Shown here: one piece after another, positions 7,393-11,609 of the stretch
How the letters are laid out: each line of letters starts with the position of its first letter
Numbering within the stretch: the stretch's first letter is position 1
Assembly (NCBI GenBank): GCA_036479435.1
Contig: JAZGFI010000254.1
Coordinates: 1-11,609 of the forward strand
Reading direction: 5' to 3'
Length of the DNA: 11,609 bases
Source of the DNA: Planctomycetota bacterium
GTDB lineage: Bacteria; Planctomycetota; GCA-002687715; DRQF01
Notes under the pieces: model-generated
Seen by the model: the letters and a program-made list of their open reading frames with translations, nothing else
Databases searched by the model: none
What the model was told of the DNA's origin: nothing
Position numbers and translations under genes: made by a program

Positions 7393-8168
7393 TCAGACGA
7401 ACCTCCCTTAGGGTCTATCGCAGCCTTCAACGGTGGGCGCAAAAGGTCAATGCGCACTGGCTGCTCGAACTGGGCACCGTCGGTTTTCGCATAGCGCGCA
7501 AAAGTCGATCGGACCTCTTCAAGTACTTCGTCCGCCAGGACATGGCTCGTGTGCGTGACGCGGATGACACGCTCATCAAACTCGTCGAAACTGGCGAACG
7601 ACAATGGACAGCGCAAAAACGTCTGAGAAACAAGTTCGAACTTTCCAGACTGGACGGCGGCTAAGACCGCCTCGAAGGCCTTGCGTCGCACCAACTCTTC
7701 GTCATGGAAAATCCGTAGGACCTCGTTGAATTCGCCTCGAAATAGTGGCTCGGAAACCAGGGCGAATCCACCGGGTCGTAGCACGCGCGCAATCTCGTCG
7801 AAGGCACTCGCCATCAACAACAAGGGAACGTGATGTAGGGACTTAAACAGGAGCACCACGTCAAGACTATCGTCGTCAGCAGGGATGGCTTCGGCGCCGC
7901 CAAACTCGAAGCTTAGATTCGAAGGCTTGTCTTGCTTCAAATTAACTGCGTGTTGAACTTCGTCGACATCGATCGCAAAGACTCGCCGATCAAACCCCGT
8001 CTCTGCGATGGCGCGAGCGTTCTCTCCGCGTCCACAGCCCAGGTCGAGAATGTCTTTGCCATCGAGTTCCAAGAGTTCATCAATCACCGTCAACTCATCG
8101 GCAACGCGATCAATCTCGATAAAGGCCCCAAACTCAAGCACGACAAATTCTGAAGGTTTATTGTCCAT
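7389..8168 (-). CDS. Class I SAM-dependent methyltransferase (Methyltransf_11-like)
   Basis: Motif I ILDLGCGRG, acidic FAIDVD, AEAIPADDDSLDVV, SLHHV and RVLRPGG. Start reassigned to the ATG at 8168 (MDNKP) because the 85-aa extension to 8423 does not look protein-like. Confidence 0.92.
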   Translation of the reverse strand: MDNKPSEFVVLEFGAFIEIDRVADELTVIDELLELDGKDILDLGCGRGENARAIAETGFDRRVFAIDVDEVQHAVNLKQDKPSNLSFEFGGAEAIPADDDSLDVVLLFKSLHHVPLLLMASAFDEIARVLRPGGFALVSEPLFRGEFNEVLRIFHDEELVRRKAFEAVLAAVQSGKFELVSQTFLRCPLSFASFDEFDERVIRVTHTSHVLADEVLEEVRSTFARYAKTDGAQFEQPVRIDLLRPPLKAAIDPKGGSSE

Positions 8169-8205
8169 TCCCACATGATAGGCTCCCAGCGCCCAACAAC
8201 AATCA

Positions 8206-8507
8206 GATGAACTCCACACCAGCCATGACGAACAGCAACATCGCCGCCCGCAGGCGGGAATAAGACCTTCGCCAAAGCCGGATGCTTTCGAGTGAGTTTT
8301 GGTTCGTCGCCAAGTGTATCTTTGTGGTCGCCGTGATCGCCCTCCTCTGTTTTGCGTGGATGATCTACAGAGTCGCCGGTCGTGTGTACTCATGATGACA
8401 ACTTTTTGGTTCTCCGCTTTCACGACAAAGGGTCAACAACGCGACCAGCTAACAAGATCCTGAAATCAGATTTGACGGACGCTCTTTAGTTAAGGGTGGA
8501 GTTCATC
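8206..8507. repeat. 12-bp perfect inverted repeat pair bracketing a 302-bp intergenic segment
   Basis: GATGAACTCCAC at 8206-8217 and GTGGAGTTCATC at 8496-8507. Confidence 0.6.
8282..8395 (+). CDS. Putative small single-pass membrane protein (37 aa)
   Basis: Manual translation MLSSEFWFVAKCIFVVAVIALLCFAWMIYRVAGRVYS*, ending in tandem TGA TGA. It has one TM-length hydrophobic run with basic residues after it. No clear RBS. Confidence 0.45.
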   Translation: MLSSEFWFVAKCIFVVAVIALLCFAWMIYRVAGRVYS

Positions 8508-8529
8508 GTGCTAACATCGAATGCCGCCC

Positions 8530-9078
8530 TCACTTGCCAACAACTTTCGTGACGAAGACCCATTTAGCATCATGGCGGCTCTGGAGGATGCTGTCGCGTA
8601 CCGGAACCCGAACGCGATTTAGCTCACGAGAGAGCGGCCCCAGATCCGTAGTCTGCCGGCCTCCATTGTAGAGATCACCGCGAACGACCCGCGCCATCTT
8701 GAGGCTCTTCTCAAGGTCGAATTCCGCGATGGCCGTTTTGATCTCGCACTTCCATGTGAGCAAGTCTGCCGACAACGTTAATTCGCGAAGCACGGTGATG
8801 CGCTCACCTTTCGGCAAGGTCCCTTTCAACACGATATCGTAGGAACCGGACGGAAAAGTCGCGGTGAAGTGACCATTGGCATCCGTCAATAGACCCGTCA
8901 CGGAGGTTCGAGACTTGTCATGGTCATAGCGCGGGAGGATATCGGCGGACCAAAACCTGGCGGGTTCGCCGTCGACGAACAGCGTTCTTTGGAAGCTGAC
9001 GGGCATCGGCGGGACGCCAACCGCGGCTTCAGGATCTTCTTGATCCGCTTGTTGGGTCTCCTCGACGGCGAGTGCTTT
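8530..9078 (-). pseudogene. In-frame C-terminal continuation of the ECF sigma fusion beyond a single TAA
   Basis: After TAA (9079-9081) the same frame reads KALAVEETQQADQEDPEAAVGVPPMPVSFQRTLFVDGEPA...TDANGHFTATFPSGSYDIVL, another carboxypeptidase-regulatory-like repeat. Confidence 0.75.
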
Positions 9079-11130
9079 TTAAACGACAACAGAGCTGTCA
9101 CCGGGCCACTCGAAGGGCCCGAACACCTTCGCCTCAAATCCACTACGCCGGACGTCGATCCCGAAAGGCCCGCGGGGCACGACAAACTCTGCCCGGCCTT
9201 GGTCATCACAGCACATCCACTGGGCACCGGGTAGGGGTTGCGGGCCACCTCCAAGAGGGCTGAGTCTGGCTTCATCGGCAAGGCAAAGACGAATCGCTGC
9301 CCCTTCGATGGGCTCCCCCCCTTCTTCGTCTACGACTCTCAGATGTGCCGAGCCAGCCGGATCGAGTTGAAGCTCAACTTTCTGTCCACGCTTGGCGACG
9401 ACGACTTGGCTAGGCAAGGTCGAGCTCGCCATAGAACGAGCGATCATCACCACCGGTCCCTTCGTACCGGGCATGACTACAAAGGTGCCGTCCTGGCGTG
9501 TTATCACGAAGGAGCGAAAACTCTCTGCGAAGGACTCAACGGAAACCACGACTCCGGGGACTGGGGCAAGGCCTGACAGCACAACGCCGGTAATTAGTTC
9601 TGAAGGATCAGCTGCCGGCAAGACCACCGTCCCCACGCTCGTCGCTCTGGCGGAAACCAAGTTTGGTTTCGTGAGCGTCCACAACGAGTCTTCCGCCTGA
9701 ACCCAAAACTGGGCGTCGCCGATCTTAAGCCCGCTACACGCAAATCGACCGGCCTCGTCCGCGACCGTCTCGACGCGACGCTGGTTTTTGTAGGGCCCGG
9801 AGAGCTTGCGCAACTCAGGTTCGCGACACTCGCGCTCGATGGCGCTGATGATTCTCGCGCCCGCCGCGGGGCGACCGTCCTCGAAAACAGCCGTTCCCGT
9901 CAGAGTTCCGCCGGGCCTAAGGGTGATGTTTCCAAGGTCTGTAACCGCAGATTGATCGACTTCGGTCTCCATTTGATAGTCAGCGAAGCCCTCTCTACCC
10001 GCGGCGATCGGCAGGTACCTATTCCGTACTTCCAGCGTTGCCAACAAGGCGTCATTCAGAACCAACACGGCAACACCGTTCGCATCGGCGACTGCTGTGA
10101 GCTGCGGAGAAAACGGAGAGAACTTGGGTGGTCGATAGCTAAGTTCCGCCCCCGGAATGGGGTTGTTGTTCCTATCGATCATTCGGGACCGAATGGTCCC
10201 GAATGCACCTTTCGTCTGGCTGGTGTGTGCAGCGTCGCCCGCGCCGACCGTTGGCGTAACGCCGTCTTCGCGTCCGATTGCCGTAAACGATCCCGCGAAC
10301 TTCGAACTTCCTGCGTGTCGCCGCGCGTCGCCTCCCTTTGCGGCGGGAGTTTCGGTACTCGCAACCTGGAGAACGTCCTTTTGGTCATCTCGATAAAACG
10401 AAACGACCGACACAACGGCAACCAAGGCAGCGGCAACACCCAACGTGCTGATCGTGGCAAACGTGGTCATCGAAGTTTTGGAAAGGAACCACGTTCCCAG
10501 GCCCTTGCCAGCGACTTTCGCCGTGGCAGCTCCTCGAGTGCCCGCCGCAAAGCTAAACAAACCCAAAGCGCTGAACGATCGCTGCTTGCCGAGCGTGATC
10601 GTATCGCCGCCCGCTTCAAACTGTTCTCTGAGCCGTTTCGTGGCCCGAGTCAGTTGAGACCGAATGGTGGAGGCTTGCTGCTTCCTGGCCTGCGCAATCT
10701 CCTCAATGCTATGCCCGTCGTAGTAGCGACGCAGCAGAACATCACGATAGGGATCTGGCAGCCGGCAAACCGCGTCGGCCAGCAACCTTTGTGCCTCCAC
10801 TTTCAAAAGCAATTCATCTACTGAGGGAGTGATTTGTCGACCCTTCGACACCGCGCGGCTTTCATGGTTGGCGCGGCGCACCTTTCCTCTTGTTTCATGT
10901 TGCGCGAGTCTTGAAACCACGCGATGAAGCCAGGGCCTCAACCCTTCGCCCGAATTTGGGCGCTTTTCCAAGGCGACGGCCAATGCATCCTGGGCTACAT
11001 CGTTGCCGGTGCCGTAGTCTTGGGTCAGGCGATGCGCGAGCTTTTGAACCCAAGACGCCTCGGCGAGGAGCGCTTCGGTATCAAAGCCCAAGTGATCGCG
11101 AGCTGTCTTGTCATGTCCATCCATAGCCAT
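9079..11130 (-). CDS. ECF sigma-70 factor with transmembrane helix and C-terminal carboxypeptidase-regulatory-like repeats
   Basis: Region 2: WVQKLAHRL...NDVAQDAL...LRPWLHRVV. Region 4: LPDPYRDVLLRRYYDGHSIEEIA...TIRSQLTRATKRLRE. TM segment at about 10393-10464. Repeats IDRNNNPIPGAEL..ADANG, GTAVFEDGRPAAGARI..ADEAGRF and RVVDEEGGEPIEGAAI..DDQGR. Confidence 0.93.
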   Translation of the reverse strand: MAMDGHDKTARDHLGFDTEALLAEASWVQKLAHRLTQDYGTGNDVAQDALAVALEKRPNSGEGLRPWLHRVVSRLAQHETRGKVRRANHESRAVSKGRQITPSVDELLLKVEAQRLLADAVCRLPDPYRDVLLRRYYDGHSIEEIAQARKQQASTIRSQLTRATKRLREQFEAGGDTITLGKQRSFSALGLFSFAAGTRGAATAKVAGKGLGTWFLSKTSMTTFATISTLGVAAALVAVVSVVSFYRDDQKDVLQVASTETPAAKGGDARRHAGSSKFAGSFTAIGREDGVTPTVGAGDAAHTSQTKGAFGTIRSRMIDRNNNPIPGAELSYRPPKFSPFSPQLTAVADANGVAVLVLNDALLATLEVRNRYLPIAAGREGFADYQMETEVDQSAVTDLGNITLRPGGTLTGTAVFEDGRPAAGARIISAIERECREPELRKLSGPYKNQRRVETVADEAGRFACSGLKIGDAQFWVQAEDSLWTLTKPNLVSARATSVGTVVLPAADPSELITGVVLSGLAPVPGVVVSVESFAESFRSFVITRQDGTFVVMPGTKGPVVMIARSMASSTLPSQVVVAKRGQKVELQLDPAGSAHLRVVDEEGGEPIEGAAIRLCLADEARLSPLGGGPQPLPGAQWMCCDDQGRAEFVVPRGPFGIDVRRSGFEAKVFGPFEWPGDSSVVV

Positions 11131-11138
11131 GCCTCAGA

Positions 11139-11489
11139 TCACCTTTTCTTGGACCCGATGCCTTGGATGCGCCGACGAAGCTCAGGGTAGCCCGGCATCG
11201 TTTCGAAAAACCGGATCTTTCGCACGACGAGGGAGTCTCCTTTGGGGAGATCCTTCACGAGCATGTAGGTCGTGAACGTCTCGACCACTTCTTCATCACC
11301 CGGCGTCCGCTCTGCGTAGGATGTCACGAAATTGCCGTCCAAACGGGGCGAGCCATCCTTGAGATAGTCGTCCGGTTTTTTCCTGCGTTCAGGCTGCGGC
11401 ACGCGGTCGCTGTCGAAGCTCTGCGAAAACAGCTCGATCGCGTAGGTCCGAATGCAGATGTAGTGGCCCATCTCGTGAACCAAAGTGTA
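11139..11489 (-). CDS. 5'-truncated putative zinc metallopeptidase (HExxH)
   Basis: YTLVHEMGH plus FVTSYAERTPGDEEVVETFTTY, resembling the FVSxYAxxxxxEDxAE motif of putative zinc-binding metallopeptidases. The N-terminus is replaced by the inverted repeat. Confidence 0.7.
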   Translation of the reverse strand, partial: YTLVHEMGHYICIRTYAIELFSQSFDSDRVPQPERRKKPDDYLKDGSPRLDGNFVTSYAERTPGDEEVVETFTTYMLVKDLPKGDSLVVRKIRFFETMPGYPELRRRIQGIGSKKR

Positions 11490-11609
11490 AGCACCCACGC
11501 ATCTTGAGGCTCCCAGCATCGCGCTATTTGAGGCCGCTGTTGGCCTTCAAGTAAGTGAGGCCCACGCCGAGTTCCCTCGTCGTGAGCCTCTTTGCCCGAA
11601 GGCTTCCGA
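11485..11609 (-). repeat. Right copy of the 125-bp terminal inverted repeat
   Basis: Exact reverse complement of 1..125. Confidence 0.98.

Noticed and set aside
8169..8423. 85-aa N-terminal extension of the methyltransferase
   Set aside because: Arg/Ser/Cys-rich and not protein-like. The ATG at 8168 gives a normal-sized enzyme.
8261..9081. TAA reassignment suggested by two apparent internal TAA codons
   Set aside because: TAA is the apparent normal stop at 56-58, 1484-1486 and 6244-6246.
8898..9281. Programmed frameshift at GTTTAAAAAG into the 127-aa overlapping frame
   Set aside because: That frame gives low-complexity basic sequence, while the domain-like continuation is in the original frame.
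9952..10824. 290-aa plus-strand ORF
   Set aside because: Antisense shadow of the ECF gene with no recognisable motif.
11490..11519. ATG at 11519 as the true peptidase start
   Set aside because: It lies inside the duplicated repeat, antisense to another gene's 3' end, and leaves almost no sequence before HExxH.
1..11609. Complete linear phage, plasmid or transposon defined by the TIRs
   Set aside because: No polymerase, terminal protein, capsid, transposase or integrase is recognisable. The repeat is coding DNA and truncates a gene.

Overview
An 11.6-kb, moderately GC-rich stretch of ordinary-looking bacterial chromosome, mostly coded on the minus strand. The gene content suggests Planctomycetota (inference). 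Left to right it holds: a secreted protein with an OB/Slp-like N-domain and tandem ExbD-like domains; an SRPBCC-ArsR pair with a clear sigma70 promoter and palindromic operator; a tandem ExbD-like/prenyltransferase-squalene-cyclase-repeat fusion; a 560-aa hypothetical with a cryptic GNAT-like motif set; a secreted lyase/ConA-like protein coupled to a SAM methyltransferase; a 37-aa hydrophobic ORF between 12-bp inverted repeats; a membrane-tethered ECF sigma factor broken by one in-frame TAA; and a 5'-truncated HExxH metallopeptidase. The most striking structure is that bases 1-125 are the exact reverse complement of bases 11485-11609. The left copy looks native and the right copy truncates the peptidase gene. 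No transposase, replicase or capsid gene is present, so an inverted chimera, assembly loop or inversion breakpoint is more likely than a true linear element. No RNA genes or CRISPR arrays were seen.
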